A stretch of DNA of 64,000 bases from a virus: IMG/VR virus record IMGVR_UViG_3300009431_000004. The stretch is one strand, 5' to 3'. The notes below the pieces were generated by a model. It was not told the DNA's origin and searched no databases. It saw only the letters and a list, made by a program, of their open reading frames with translations. The first letter of the stretch is position 1, and each line of letters starts with the position of its first letter. The translations under genes and the position numbers were made by a program. Shown piece by piece: positions 26,753 through 36,867 of this stretch.

Positions 26753-27493
26753 TTATGGGTCAGTTGGGGGAGAAACTTCCCCGAAAGTCAGGCGGAGTTC
26801 CGCTCCATTGGCCCTTGCCAGCAGGGCTTCGAGAGTCCTCAAATCCGGCACCCCTTTGGTCAGAGAACCCCCGTCAAGACGCTCCTCTATGGCGGCCATC
26901 CGTTCCACGAGAGGGGCCAATAATCCGGTGAGTTCCTTCCTGACCAGCGCCGGGATGTCGAGGCCCATCGTCTCAAGGTCCGGCACCGCCAGAGCTGCTA
27001 CCGTGTGCAGCTCTCTGAACGTCTTGGCCGGGAGGCTGACCTTGGTCCCGAAAGCTCGCTGGGCCGCCCCGTTCACCTCGTCACGCTTGGGCATCCGGCC
27101 CTTGTGACGTTCCGTGACCAGATAGGCCAAGGCCACCTCGCGTACATCTTCAGGTGGAGCGGCCTTGCCACCACCCTCGGCAGGTCCGAGAATCCCCTCC
27201 ACCCGCATGATTCCCTCGGCCACCTTCCACACGCGGGGGACTGCGGCGAATGGGACGTTCCCGTCTTTGCAGGCTTGGGCCACGGCCCAGAATGTCGAGC
27301 GGCTCGTCATGTCCCGGAGGCAGACGGCACCCGCGCACCCGTCGGGGAGGCTCGTGAACGGAACGCTCTCCCCGTCCGTGTCCGCTACGTGCCACTCGAC
27401 GGTGAGATGGCACAGGGCCATGTTGCGGGCGAGGTTCCCGAACACGAACGACTTGGTGCCACCGACCACGAGGATTCGTTTCTTGGGCGTCAC
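26753..27493 (-). CDS. hypothetical protein with DUF2325-like N-terminal domain
   Basis: ILVVGG...LPDG...DMTS...ACK...VPF; GGAGG RBS. Confidence 0.6.
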   Translation of the reverse strand: MTPKKRILVVGGTKSFVFGNLARNMALCHLTVEWHVADTDGESVPFTSLPDGCAGAVCLRDMTSRSTFWAVAQACKDGNVPFAAVPRVWKVAEGIMRVEGILGPAEGGGKAAPPEDVREVALAYLVTERHKGRMPKRDEVNGAAQRAFGTKVSLPAKTFRELHTVAALAVPDLETMGLDIPALVRKELTGLLAPLVERMAAIEERLDGGSLTKGVPDLRTLEALLARANGAELRLTFGEVSPPTDP

Positions 27494-27550
27494 GGTTCCT
27501 CCGACAGATACCACTGTATCTACGCCATTTGTGACGGCAGCAGACCCACG

Positions 27551-28615
27551 TCAGCCGAAGAGGTCCGTGATTGGGTCGGGTTCCGGGTCCGCCGCCCGAG
27601 GTGGTGCGCGGCCTTCGAGCCGGGCGCGGGCCAGACTCAGGTCGGGGTCCAAGTCGAGGCCAATGTAATCCCGGCCCTCTGCCAGAGTGACATCCCCGGT
27701 CGTGGCCGTCCCGGAGAAAGGGTCGAGGATGGTGCTGCGGGCAATGCCCGCGCCGCACTGGCAGGCTGGTTCCCAGCCGACCGTCTGGTGGAGCTGCTGG
27801 GTGATGTTCTTCTGGGGTATCTCACGCCCGTCCTTGTGCCAAGGCTTGGTGGTCCGGTCGGCCCACTGGTACTCGGCCTTCCCGATGACCTCCGTGACCC
27901 GCCGTAGAGGCGTCCCACAAGTCGCACAGCAGCCTTTCTCACTCGTGCCTGCCCGGACCATCAACCGGACCAGCTCAGACGGCCACACGGCGCAATGAGC
28001 GCCCGTGTACGATTCTGTGGCCATCGTCCAAACCGACCGGCGGGCGCGAGTCGTGGGGGCGTCCCCCTTCTGGGCCTTGTCCGGCGGCGCGGCTGTCTCC
28101 CTGATGGCGAAGCCGTCGTAGTAATAGTTATCCGTCGGGGTCAGCAGGAACAGGTACTCGTGGGATGTCGCCGGGCGGTCCCCTACCGATTCCGGGATGG
28201 GGTTGGTCTTCTCCCACACGATGTCGCGGCGCAGCCACCAGCCGTCGGCCCGGAGCGCGAAAGCCGCGAGCCACGGGATGCCGGTAATATCCTTGGGCTT
28301 GAAGTGGCCCTGCTTCGGTGTCGTCCAGAAGGAGTCCCCGAGGTTGAGCCACAGGCTGCCGTCCGGGCGGAGGACCCGCTTCACCTCGCGCATGATTCTG
28401 ACGAGCCGGTTCACGTAGGCCCGAGGTGTTGGTTCGAGGCCGAGCTGCCCCTCCGCGTCGTAGTCGCGGTGGCCCCAGTATGGAGGCGACGTGGCGACCA
28501 TGTGGACCGAGGCAGGCGGGAAGGTTCGCAAGGCGGACTCCGCGTCCACCCCGTGCCAAAGGGCGGCCTTCGGGGAGCTGTTCCCGATGTCCCGGTGAAT
28601 GATGACCGGCTTCAT
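27551..28615 (-). CDS. DNA N4-cytosine/N6-adenine methyltransferase (beta class)
   Basis: TSPPY, LWLNLGD, W-x-K-x-N, ILDPFSGTATT. Confidence 0.92.
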   Translation of the reverse strand: MKPVIIHRDIGNSSPKAALWHGVDAESALRTFPPASVHMVATSPPYWGHRDYDAEGQLGLEPTPRAYVNRLVRIMREVKRVLRPDGSLWLNLGDSFWTTPKQGHFKPKDITGIPWLAAFALRADGWWLRRDIVWEKTNPIPESVGDRPATSHEYLFLLTPTDNYYYDGFAIRETAAPPDKAQKGDAPTTRARRSVWTMATESYTGAHCAVWPSELVRLMVRAGTSEKGCCATCGTPLRRVTEVIGKAEYQWADRTTKPWHKDGREIPQKNITQQLHQTVGWEPACQCGAGIARSTILDPFSGTATTGDVTLAEGRDYIGLDLDPDLSLARARLEGRAPPRAADPEPDPITDLFG

Positions 28616-29175
28616 GTAGTCTCGGGGTCGATGGAGTGGTGCGCCCGGCAGCGGGCGGCGTACTTGTCCCCGGCCCCCACCTCGACGAGTTCCGTTGACG
28701 GCACGAGCCGCTGGGACCGGGTGGCGTCGTCACCACAGATGGTACAGATGGCGGAGAGCTTCTTGACCTTATCCGCGAGGGCCAGTAGTTGGGGCATCGG
28801 GCCGAAGGGTTCACCCCGATAGTCGAGGTCCAGCCCCGCCACGATGACCCGGAGGCCATGGTCGTTGACGAGCTTCTCGCAGACGGCGGGCAACCCGGCC
28901 CCGAAGAATTGGGCCTCGTCGATGACCACGACCTGAGCATCCTTTTCGAGGTGGTCCAAGATGCTGAAAGGTGTCGTCTCCGGGACGCGGATGGCGTCCA
29001 GCTCCTCCCCGGAGTGGGCCTTGACCTTGCCCTCGTGATACCGGGTGTCGAGCGTGGGCTTGAACACCACCAATTCCTGCTTGGCGATGAGGACGCGGCG
29101 GGCGCGTCGCAACAGCTCCTCGGACTTGCCAGAGAACATGCAACCGCTGATGACTTCGAGGATGCCTGTCGCCAT
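28612..29175 (-). CDS. tdk: thymidine kinase
   Basis: GCMFSGKSEEL, IDEAQF, AGLDLDYRGEPF, Zn-binding Cys pairs. Confidence 0.96.
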   Translation of the reverse strand: MATGILEVISGCMFSGKSEELLRRARRVLIAKQELVVFKPTLDTRYHEGKVKAHSGEELDAIRVPETTPFSILDHLEKDAQVVVIDEAQFFGAGLPAVCEKLVNDHGLRVIVAGLDLDYRGEPFGPMPQLLALADKVKKLSAICTICGDDATRSQRLVPSTELVEVGAGDKYAARCRAHHSIDPETT

Positions 29176-29226
29176 TGTGCCTCCGAGGAAAGGTCGCTCT
29201 TATCCTACCCGGCGAAGGGCCGGAGT

Positions 29227-29685
29227 CTACTGATGAGGACAGGGAAAATTTCGGATGATGAAGCGGGAGGCAACCCGCTCGTTCGAGGGGCGTGGGTCGT
29301 GGAAATCCTCGGCCATTTGCTTGCGGATGGTCCGCACGTCCTTGGCGATGTCCGGGACGGGCCGGTCCTCGTCCACGATGTTGACCATCCATGCTCGGGC
29401 AAGCTCTCCGAGCATCTCCCCGGTCTTGGCCACCACGGTTCCGGGTTCGAGCGCCGGTATCTCCTCCGCCAGTGCCTCGACGGTCATCAGGTGTTTACGG
29501 ATGCAGTCGAGGCAGAACTTGTAGGGGTGGACGAGGTGGTCTTCGAGCAGGATGAACTGCTTGACGATTTCACGGAGGTTGAACTCGGGGTCCGTCAGAG
29601 CCGGGCGCTCCTCGGCGGTCATGAAACGTCGTGCGACCCGAGTCGCTGAGGCAGCCAGCCTTCTGCGGGTGACGTGGCGTTCCAT
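29227..29685 (-). CDS. hypothetical protein flanked by two RVAxRF motifs
   Basis: TRVARRF near the N-terminus, ERVASRF near the C-terminus; core LLEDHL...C-x-DCI-x-KH. Confidence 0.75.
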   Translation of the reverse strand: MERHVTRRRLAASATRVARRFMTAEERPALTDPEFNLREIVKQFILLEDHLVHPYKFCLDCIRKHLMTVEALAEEIPALEPGTVVAKTGEMLGELARAWMVNIVDEDRPVPDIAKDVRTIRKQMAEDFHDPRPSNERVASRFIIRNFPCPHQ

Positions 29686-29714
29686 TGGACCTCCAATCCC
29701 TACAGATGGACGGG

Positions 29715-29726
29715 ATAGGCCAACTA
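29715..29726 (-). promoter_or_regulatory. class-III (late-like) motif
   Basis: TAG-TTGGC-CTAT; 15 bp (GCCTATCCCGTCCAT) identical to 48936..48950. Confidence 0.6.
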
Positions 29727-29731
29727 ACGCA

Positions 29732-30349
29732 TCACTTGGGGGCTTCCTTCTCGGCTTTCTTCACAGCGGCATCGTCCCCCGCCCGGACTTCGGCGGCCCC
29801 TTTGTCCACAGCGGCCAGAGCGCCCTGTTGGGTCGAGTCGAGCTGCATGTTGCCGCGCTCGGAACGGTGGCCGGTATCCTTGTCGATGCGCCGGGAGGTG
29901 AGGCCGAAGGCTCCGGGTTTGACGGACTTGACGAACTGGGGGTCCATGTGGTCGATGGCGATGTCCCACTGAAAGTCGAAGAATGCCCCGCCTTGGGCCA
30001 TGAGGGGCTTCCCGCCGACCGTGATGGCCTTCTTCTGGCGGAAGATGGTCTGCCCACTCTCCCGTTGCAGTTCGAGGTCGAGGAAGTGGAGGGGTGTCGG
30101 GAGCAGGCCGTCCGCGAAGGCGAGCCGGAACTGGATGCCCACGCGGAGGTCGCCCACGATGAGGTGGGGCTTCCGAAGGACTGCCCAGTTGTGGATGACG
30201 AGAATGAGGTCGTCTGCTTCAACGAGACGGGCGATGACCTCCTGTTCGTCATCGGACATGGGGACGTAGAGGCCCTGCGGGTTCTTGCCCCCGAGGATGT
30301 TGGTCCCGTCCCCTTTGGGTTCCAGTATCCCTTTCTTCGGCTTACTCAT
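29732..30349 (-). CDS. hypothetical protein
   Basis: GC3-rich ORF overlapping the upstream gene. Confidence 0.75.
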   Translation of the reverse strand: MSKPKKGILEPKGDGTNILGGKNPQGLYVPMSDDEQEVIARLVEADDLILVIHNWAVLRKPHLIVGDLRVGIQFRLAFADGLLPTPLHFLDLELQRESGQTIFRQKKAITVGGKPLMAQGGAFFDFQWDIAIDHMDPQFVKSVKPGAFGLTSRRIDKDTGHRSERGNMQLDSTQQGALAAVDKGAAEVRAGDDAAVKKAEKEAPK

Positions 30350-30845
30350 TTGGACACACCTTCACATGACAAGCACGGGGGCGCTTCTTACGGACCCCCG
30401 CATAGAACATTACCCGCTGACCGACCCGAGGGATTCTACCGTCGAGCAATTCGCACCTGTGAAGGTGATAGGAGGTGCCGTCGTCCACCTTGATAAAACC
30501 GAAGCCGCGCTGGGTGTCGAGCGCCTCGACGGTCCCCTGCAACGGGATAGGGGCGATGAGACGCTTGACAGAGATGGCTCTGGGCGATGGTCCCCTGCTC
30601 GGGGCACCCTCCTCCACGACCACTTCCACGGCCTCCCCGAGTATGGGGGCCGGGGCGGTGGTGGCCCACGTACATCCTTCCTTCGGACAGGACTTGCACC
30701 GTAGGTGCATCATCCATGGGCCGCCGGGCTGAAAGCCCCCGAGATGGAAGAAGACCTCGCCCTCTTCATCTCTGGCGAAGCCATAGAGCTTGTCCGGGAT
30801 GTACTTATACACCCGCATCCGCCGTGGCGGCACGGAACCCGGCAT
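30342..30845 (-). CDS. tandem cold-shock (OB-fold) domain protein
   Basis: YGFA...VFFH and GFGFI...YHLH RNP-like motifs with a Cys-rich insert. Confidence 0.75.
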   Translation of the reverse strand: MPGSVPPRRMRVYKYIPDKLYGFARDEEGEVFFHLGGFQPGGPWMMHLRCKSCPKEGCTWATTAPAPILGEAVEVVVEEGAPSRGPSPRAISVKRLIAPIPLQGTVEALDTQRGFGFIKVDDGTSYHLHRCELLDGRIPRVGQRVMFYAGVRKKRPRACHVKVCPNE

Positions 30846-30864
30846 GGCCTCTCCCCGGCCCGTC

Positions 30865-31224
30865 CTACTTGGACGCTGCCCTGAGTGCGGCGAGGATGAC
30901 AGCCTTGGTGTCGTCCTTCGACACCTTCAGCTTCATCTTCTGGGCGACGCCCAGCAGCTCGGCCTTGGTCATCTTCTGGTTGAAGGCTGCGACCTTCCGA
31001 GCGGCCTTGGGCTTGATGGTGGTCTTGTCGTCGGCGGTCCCCAGAATCTCGTCGGGACCGGCCTTGACCGTTGCGGTCATGGCCCCGACATCGACCTGCA
31101 TCTTCTTGGGCCACGGACGGGCAGCTTCCGCCCGAGCGGCGGCCCTCAATTGCCGCCGCTTGCGGCGGCCCAGATAGGCGGACCACTGTTCGGCGGTCCA
31201 GTTCGCAGGTTTCTTTCTCGGCAT
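30865..31224 (-). CDS. basic protein with C-terminal Rho-N/SAP-like motif
   Basis: MTKAELLGVAQKMKLKVSKDDTKAVIL. Confidence 0.65.
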   Translation of the reverse strand: MPRKKPANWTAEQWSAYLGRRKRRQLRAAARAEAARPWPKKMQVDVGAMTATVKAGPDEILGTADDKTTIKPKAARKVAAFNQKMTKAELLGVAQKMKLKVSKDDTKAVILAALRAASK

Positions 31225-31236
31225 GGTGTCCTCCTC

Positions 31237-31623
31237 TCAGGCGATAAGACCCTTGATGAGCGCGGAAAGGACGCTCCCCAGCGTATGGGAGAGCTTCGCA
31301 AGGAAGTCCCCCCACTTGGTCTTCTCGTCCGCCTCCACGTTCTGAAGATGCGCCAGAATGTCGCTGGCCACTTCGAGGTCCGCCCAGTCAATCTCCGGGG
31401 GCGTCTCCCCCGCGAGTACCTTGTTGATGTAGTCCATGCCGATGTCGATGCCCTTGGCACCGTGGACCTCGACAGCGTTGGCGATGAGTGCCAGCACGGA
31501 CTTCTTCCAGCCCTCCTGACCCCCGGCGACATCGTTCAGTTCCCCGGCGAGGGCGTCCACTCCTGCCTGTCCGAGAACGGGCAGGAAATCATCCAGCAGT
31601 TTCTTCAGGTCGAATCCAGCCAT
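31237..31623 (-). CDS. hypothetical helical protein
   Basis: AAGGAGG RBS. Confidence 0.75.
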   Translation of the reverse strand: MAGFDLKKLLDDFLPVLGQAGVDALAGELNDVAGGQEGWKKSVLALIANAVEVHGAKGIDIGMDYINKVLAGETPPEIDWADLEVASDILAHLQNVEADEKTKWGDFLAKLSHTLGSVLSALIKGLIA

Positions 31624-31635
31624 CGGTCTTCCTCC

Positions 31636-31998
31636 TTACTGGTCGTGTGGGGGGCAAAGGGTCGAAGTCTCCGGCACCACGGGTGGCGTCTTCGGGGGCC
31701 TCACCTTCAGCAGACCGGCGTTGTAGAGCGCCATGGCCTTGTGGTAAGGCACCCGTGCCTTGACGACCAGCGCCTTCTTGGCGGCCTCCTCGCAGGCGTC
31801 CGTGACGAAGTTCTTGTCGGCGTCACAGGTGCAGAATTTCCCGATGAACCCCACCAGAGCATCGGCGGTCTGGACAGACGCCTGCTCCCAGAAGTTCAAC
31901 TCGGTCTTGTAGACCATTTCGTCCCGTACCACCGAGCCGCCGCACGCCATGGCCATCAGGACAGGCAGGGCCAACATGAGCAAGAGTCCGCGTTTCAT
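31636..31998 (-). CDS. lipoprotein
   Basis: MKRGLLLMLALPVLMAMA-C signal and lipobox. Confidence 0.75.
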   Translation of the reverse strand: MKRGLLLMLALPVLMAMACGGSVVRDEMVYKTELNFWEQASVQTADALVGFIGKFCTCDADKNFVTDACEEAAKKALVVKARVPYHKAMALYNAGLLKVRPPKTPPVVPETSTLCPPHDQ

Positions 31999-32046
31999 GT
32001 CCTTCTCCTTTGAGAGCTGTCGTGTCACTCTACCCAATGTCACCTC

Positions 32047-32388
32047 TCAGGGGTCCACCATGGGCGGCGGGAACCAACTCCCTCCGCCCCGTGGCCCGCA
32101 GGTTCTCACTCCGGCGGTGTTCTGGACCTTCTGAAAGTCGTCGCTGGCCTTCTTGTAGTCGATGGCCACGTCTACGGCGATTCCTTGGTCGCGCAGGCCG
32201 TAGAGGCGGGTCTGTTCGTCGGGGAGCATGTTGGGGACGATACGGTCGAAGGAGGCCCGTGATTCCGGGACGGTGGTCAGCAGGTTGATGATGAGCCAAT
32301 CTCCCAGAACAGGAGGGTTATCAGGGTCGCCTTCGACCCCAGCGAGTGCGTTCTCCCCGTTCTCGTAGTACCACCACTCGGCAGCCAT
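32047..32388 (-). CDS. hypothetical protein
   Basis: ORF track; CTAT-type motif upstream. Confidence 0.6.
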   Translation of the reverse strand: MAAEWWYYENGENALAGVEGDPDNPPVLGDWLIINLLTTVPESRASFDRIVPNMLPDEQTRLYGLRDQGIAVDVAIDYKKASDDFQKVQNTAGVRTCGPRGGGSWFPPPMVDP

Positions 32389-32448
32389 ACCAGTCCATCC
32401 GGCCAGTCCTACTTGGGGGAGCTATAGAAGAAAAAGTGGTGGGGGAGC

Positions 32449-33258
32449 CTAACCGTCGCTTCCGTCGTCCTCGTCGCCATCGTCTTCGTTCCCGAAGTCG
32501 AGGATTTCGTCGATGTTCAGTTCGTCGGCGTCGTCCACAATCTGGCGGAGGTCCGGCTTGTCGTCGCCCTCCTTCTCGTCCTCGCTCGGCTCGGGGGTGG
32601 GCTTGCCGTTGGTCGGTTCCTCTGCGGGAGCCTCCGCCTCCGGCTCGGGGGTCGGGGCGGGTTCCGTGAGGTCGTCCGGCAGCACCGGGTCGTCGAAGGG
32701 GAGGTCCGTGTTCGGTTTGGGGGCCGCATCGGCCTCGGGGGTGGGCTTGATGATTGTGACCGGGCCGATGGCCGGGGCGGTCTTCCGCATCTTGCGCTGT
32801 GGGTTCTTGTGCTTCCCTTCCTCCGCCTCGATGGTCTGCAACAGCTCCCGGCGTCTGCGCCCGAAAGGCTTGGGGTCGAGGCCCACCTTCTCCGCCCGTT
32901 CCCGCAGTTCCTTGAGGGAGGGCAGGACAGAGGTCCACCCGCGCTTGTCGGAGTCCTCCGCCTCGGCCTTCTGGCCGTAGGTGATTTCGAGCAGGACCAC
33001 CCCGCCGTCATCAACCAAAATGTGGGGCTGGCCCCTGCGCCCGATGGCCCGTGCAGCGGCCTGTGCAACCGTCGGGGTCAATGGGTTCTTCTCGATAACG
33101 TCCCGTGCCAGCTCCACCGCTCCCCGTAACTCCTCGCGGGCGGCTTCGAGCCGTTCGGCTACGCTGCGGGCGTCGGGGTAGGTGGGGTCCGGGGCTGAAA
33201 GCAGACTTTCAGCCCAATCGCTCCGCAGGGTTTCTCGATGTGGTTTCGCGTGTCCCAT
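32449..33258 (-). CDS. hypothetical protein with acidic Pro-rich tail
   Basis: GGAGGAG RBS. Confidence 0.75.
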   Translation of the reverse strand: MGHAKPHRETLRSDWAESLLSAPDPTYPDARSVAERLEAAREELRGAVELARDVIEKNPLTPTVAQAAARAIGRRGQPHILVDDGGVVLLEITYGQKAEAEDSDKRGWTSVLPSLKELRERAEKVGLDPKPFGRRRRELLQTIEAEEGKHKNPQRKMRKTAPAIGPVTIIKPTPEADAAPKPNTDLPFDDPVLPDDLTEPAPTPEPEAEAPAEEPTNGKPTPEPSEDEKEGDDKPDLRQIVDDADELNIDEILDFGNEDDGDEDDGSDG

Positions 33259-33420
33259 GAATCTCCTCCGGTTGCCCGGCCTGTAACTTTTACCCCATCG
33301 AGTTAGGGATGGACCCCCCAGAAAGTCGGAGAAGGCACGATTCTATTGTAAAAGTTTCTGCTAGGGGGTATCACCGGCCAGATTTTGGGGTAGATTAGAT
33401 GAAACTTTGGAGGAAACAGG

Positions 33421-34047
33421 ATGCCTCGTTACCCGGACCTCGCTCATCGCCCCCTGTGCTTCTTGGACACGGAGACGACGGGCCTTGACCCCGAAGTCCA
33501 TGAACTCCTCGAAGTCGCGTGCGTCCTCGACAACCCGCGCACGAGCTTCCCGATGGCGTTCTTCGAGAAGAAGGTCAAGCCGGAGCGCATCGAGGATGCC
33601 AACCAGAAGGCACTGGAAATGAATGGGTACACCGAGGCGGAGTGGGCGAACGCCACTCCTGTCGGGGAGATGCTGAAGGAACTCGCCTGCTTCGCCTCCA
33701 TCGCGGTCGTCATCGGTCACAATGTCCGCTTTGACATGAGCTTCATCAACGCCGCCTTCAAGCGGAAGAACATCCAAGGCCGCTTCGACTACCACCTCGT
33801 GGACACCGTGACGCTGGCCTACGAGCATCTCGTCCCGCTGGGCCTCATGAGCCTGTCTCTCACCAACATCTGTATCTTCCTCGGCATCAAGCCGGGAGGC
33901 CACAGGGCGATGAGCGATGCGAAAGCCTGTCGGGAGGTCTACTACGCGCTGGTGCGTGCTGGCTGGCTCCGGCGGCGCTGGTGGTGGTTCAGGAACAAGG
34001 TCCGCAACGTCATCACGGCCCAGAGAGAGCTATTCAAGCCCAAGTAG
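33421..34047 (+). CDS. DEDDh 3'-5' exonuclease (DnaQ-like)
   Basis: LDTETTG, GHNVRFD, HRAMSDA. Confidence 0.92.
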   Translation: MPRYPDLAHRPLCFLDTETTGLDPEVHELLEVACVLDNPRTSFPMAFFEKKVKPERIEDANQKALEMNGYTEAEWANATPVGEMLKELACFASIAVVIGHNVRFDMSFINAAFKRKNIQGRFDYHLVDTVTLAYEHLVPLGLMSLSLTNICIFLGIKPGGHRAMSDAKACREVYYALVRAGWLRRRWWWFRNKVRNVITAQRELFKPK

Positions 34048-34272
34048 CTTGCGTCTTTCCGCTGCTTGCGTCGGGTCTTCCTGCTCGGTGAACACCTCGA
34101 CCTTGGCCCCCAGAGTCCGCATCATCTTGGCGACGGCATTTGCCACCTTCGAGTCCCCGCAGAGCTTCCAGACGGTTGTGCGTCCTTCGTGGACGAGGGG
34201 CGGGTTCTGGGGGAGGGTGATTCGGAACTCTTGACCGCCGATGATGCGAAAAGTCCAGACTTTCGCGCTCAA
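34030..34272 (-). CDS. hypothetical protein
   Basis: TTGA overlap with the upstream gene. Confidence 0.55.
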   Translation of the reverse strand: MSAKVWTFRIIGGQEFRITLPQNPPLVHEGRTTVWKLCGDSKVANAVAKMMRTLGAKVEVFTEQEDPTQAAERRKLLGLE

Positions 34273-34616
34273 GCCTCACCTATCTGGATGCTGCCTGTGG
34301 ACTTGTTCTCCCACATCGCAGCTTCTTTGGGTGTGACGGTCCCGTCCCAACCCAGATAGGCGATGTAGAAGGGCTGGTCGTCCGGCACGAACACCTTGTC
34401 TGTCGCGGCAGCCACGGAAACTTTGCCGGTGGCCAGCTTGGCGGTCCTCCCGGAGAACGGGGCTTCCCCCACGAGCGCCGACAGAATCTTAGCTGCGCTC
34501 ATAGCGACATCTGTAGAGGGACAGAGGACGACAACCCAGCCGCCATAACGCTTGGCGTGGGAGAGGATGTGGTTCAGGTCGGTGGTCAGGTTCATGTTCT
34601 GTGTGTCTTGGGCCAT
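34269..34616 (-). CDS. hypothetical protein
   Basis: AGGAGG RBS. Confidence 0.7.
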   Translation of the reverse strand: MAQDTQNMNLTTDLNHILSHAKRYGGWVVVLCPSTDVAMSAAKILSALVGEAPFSGRTAKLATGKVSVAAATDKVFVPDDQPFYIAYLGWDGTVTPKEAAMWENKSTGSIQIGEA

Positions 34617-34639
34617 GACAACCTCCTGCCCTGTCTACC

Positions 34640-35728
34640 CTATTGGGGTGCCCCGGCACCCAGTAGACGGCCCCGCCAGCCCACGGCGCGGTCCTCCAAG
34701 CGGTCGGCGGTGGTGACTTCGAGGATGAAATCCTTAGTACCTTCGGGTACTTGCTTGATAAGCGCCGCGACCAGCACGCAGGCAGCCGTGTCCACGATGG
34801 AGAAAGATTCCTGATGTGCAGCGGCTCCGCCCAGTGAGACTGTCCACTCGTGCAGGGCAACCGGCTCCTCTGCGGGGGTGGCCTTGTCGAAGTCGCGCTC
34901 GGTGATGGCCAGTCCTTTCTTCCGCAGGCCCTCGGCCACGAGATGCCGGACAGTAGCGACACCGGACCGACGACCTTGCGTCGTGGACAGGAACCCCCAT
35001 GCGGCTTGCTGGCGTTCCTTGGGGGTCATGAGCAACAGCTCTGCTCCCGTGGGCTTGGCGGTCTTGACAGGGGCCGGGACTTGACCCCGCCGGTACTCGG
35101 GGAGGTCCGTTTCGGCAGACCCCCTCAGCATGGCCGCTGTGTCGGGTGTCCCGTCGGCGGAGCGGACCAGCTCGCCATGTTTTTCAACGAGGGCGAGAGC
35201 TTGCTTGTCCCCCATGGCGACTTGCTCGATGAGCTGGCGGCGTCCGCCTTCGTGGGCCGCGACCTTCTCCCCCATCTCGTCGGCGGCCTTGTCCAGCATC
35301 CGGCCCACGGCGACCGGGTTCCGTGCGTCGGTGTCTACGGAGACAGAGGGGCGCACACCCTCTGTCATCTGTCCGGTTCGCAGTTCTGGCATGTCGCCGT
35401 CGAACTGGGCGCGTTCCGCGAGTGCCGCCTCGACGAGTGGGTTCATCCGCAAGAGGCCGTCGGGGCGGGACTGGAACAGGCCCTTGGGTACTTCCGAAAG
35501 CTCGTCAAGGGTCATCGTCGAGTACGGCTCGGTCAGAGCCAGCGCGAGCAGCTCTGACTCGACAGCGGGGTTCTCAATGGTGAAGGTGGCTATCGCCGCC
35601 ATGGCCTCCTCTTCGGTGATGAATCCTTCGGCTGCCCTGTCCATGATGTCTTTCAGGGCAGGGTGATTCTCGATGATTTTCTCAGCCAAAGCCGAGATAG
35701 TCCGGTAGAGGTCTTCATTCTTTAGCAT
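34640..35728 (-). CDS. hypothetical protein
   Basis: Start moved to MLKNED; GC3-rich. Confidence 0.75.
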   Translation of the reverse strand: MLKNEDLYRTISALAEKIIENHPALKDIMDRAAEGFITEEEAMAAIATFTIENPAVESELLALALTEPYSTMTLDELSEVPKGLFQSRPDGLLRMNPLVEAALAERAQFDGDMPELRTGQMTEGVRPSVSVDTDARNPVAVGRMLDKAADEMGEKVAAHEGGRRQLIEQVAMGDKQALALVEKHGELVRSADGTPDTAAMLRGSAETDLPEYRRGQVPAPVKTAKPTGAELLLMTPKERQQAAWGFLSTTQGRRSGVATVRHLVAEGLRKKGLAITERDFDKATPAEEPVALHEWTVSLGGAAAHQESFSIVDTAACVLVAALIKQVPEGTKDFILEVTTADRLEDRAVGWRGRLLGAGAPQ

Positions 35729-36461
35729 CACCATCTCCCATGCGAACGGTTGCTCCGGGGGCGACCTTCTTGGTTCCTTTCTTGGGCGTCCACGCATCCC
35801 CATCCGCTCCGGGCTTCTTCTTCGCCGTCGGAGCCGGGCCGTCCCCGATGACGATACCCCGGTCCGGGACGGGGGTGTTGCCACGGCCCATGGTGGCCGG
35901 AGGGGGAGCCGCTTCGGGGCGTGCCTGCGGTTCGGGTTCCGGCTCCGCCGGGGCTTCCTCCTCGGATGGTTCCGCCCCGGCTTCTTCCTCCATGAGAGTC
36001 TCAGTCTCCGCCACGAAGTCCTGTGTGGCGGCCTCTGCCGGGTCCGGGAGATTAGGTTCTGCCTGCCCTTTCACCTTGGCCAGTTGCCGGACGGCATCGT
36101 CTACGTGGTTCGTGACCCCCACCTTGGCGACCTCGGACTCCCCGTCGTCGATGTCCACTTCGGGGACTTCCCAGTCGCCCGCCCGGTCGGCGGCTTCGAG
36201 CCGGATGGCCTCGCGGAAGCAGTCCTGAAAGTCCACAATCTTGGCGTACTTGGGATTCTCGCCTGCGGCAATCTGGGGCGAGCCGAAGAAACGGTCCACC
36301 TGTGTCGCCACACGGGCGCTGAACTTGTCGTCCGCCCACTTGGCATGGATGCAATCCGGGTTGCGGCAACGCTTACAGAATGTCTCCTGAAACGCATTGA
36401 AGTCACGTTCCGAACCGGGCGCGGACAGGTCGTCGATGCACTGGTCGAGGAGGTCAGCCAT
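35715..36461 (-). CDS. hypothetical protein (Cys motif, acidic tail)
   Basis: FCKRCRNPDC; overlaps both neighbours. Confidence 0.75.
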   Translation of the reverse strand: MADLLDQCIDDLSAPGSERDFNAFQETFCKRCRNPDCIHAKWADDKFSARVATQVDRFFGSPQIAAGENPKYAKIVDFQDCFREAIRLEAADRAGDWEVPEVDIDDGESEVAKVGVTNHVDDAVRQLAKVKGQAEPNLPDPAEAATQDFVAETETLMEEEAGAEPSEEEAPAEPEPEPQARPEAAPPPATMGRGNTPVPDRGIVIGDGPAPTAKKKPGADGDAWTPKKGTKKVAPGATVRMGDGDAKE

Positions 36462-36867
36462 CTTTACCCCCTACGGGCTTCAGCGGCAACTGGGCCGTTC
36501 TGGACTTCTTCACCGTCAAGTGGGTGGGCGCTCTCCGACTCCGATTCTCCAAGGTCGGCAGGTCCACGATGGGGACAGGACCACTCCCGTCGAGCTTCCT
36601 CAGTGTCGGGTTTCCGTTGGCATCTAGAAAGCGGACATGCGGGCATTTTCGGCATCTCCTCCTGTTCATCTTCAGCAGGCCACAGATGCGTTTCCAGACC
36701 AGATACCGCTGGTAGTCTTCCTCCTCGATTTTCTTCGAGGCCCGGAGTTCCTCGATGGGAAATTCCAGCTCCATGATGGCGGCCTTCGGGGGGAAGGTTC
36801 GCCAATGGACACAGACGAGCCGGACACTCCCGAACTTGGCGATGGCCGCCCCCACTGTCCTCATCAT
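36454..36867 (-). CDS. hypothetical protein
   Basis: ATGA coupling. Confidence 0.65.
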   Translation of the reverse strand: MMRTVGAAIAKFGSVRLVCVHWRTFPPKAAIMELEFPIEELRASKKIEEEDYQRYLVWKRICGLLKMNRRRCRKCPHVRFLDANGNPTLRKLDGSGPVPIVDLPTLENRSRRAPTHLTVKKSRTAQLPLKPVGGKDG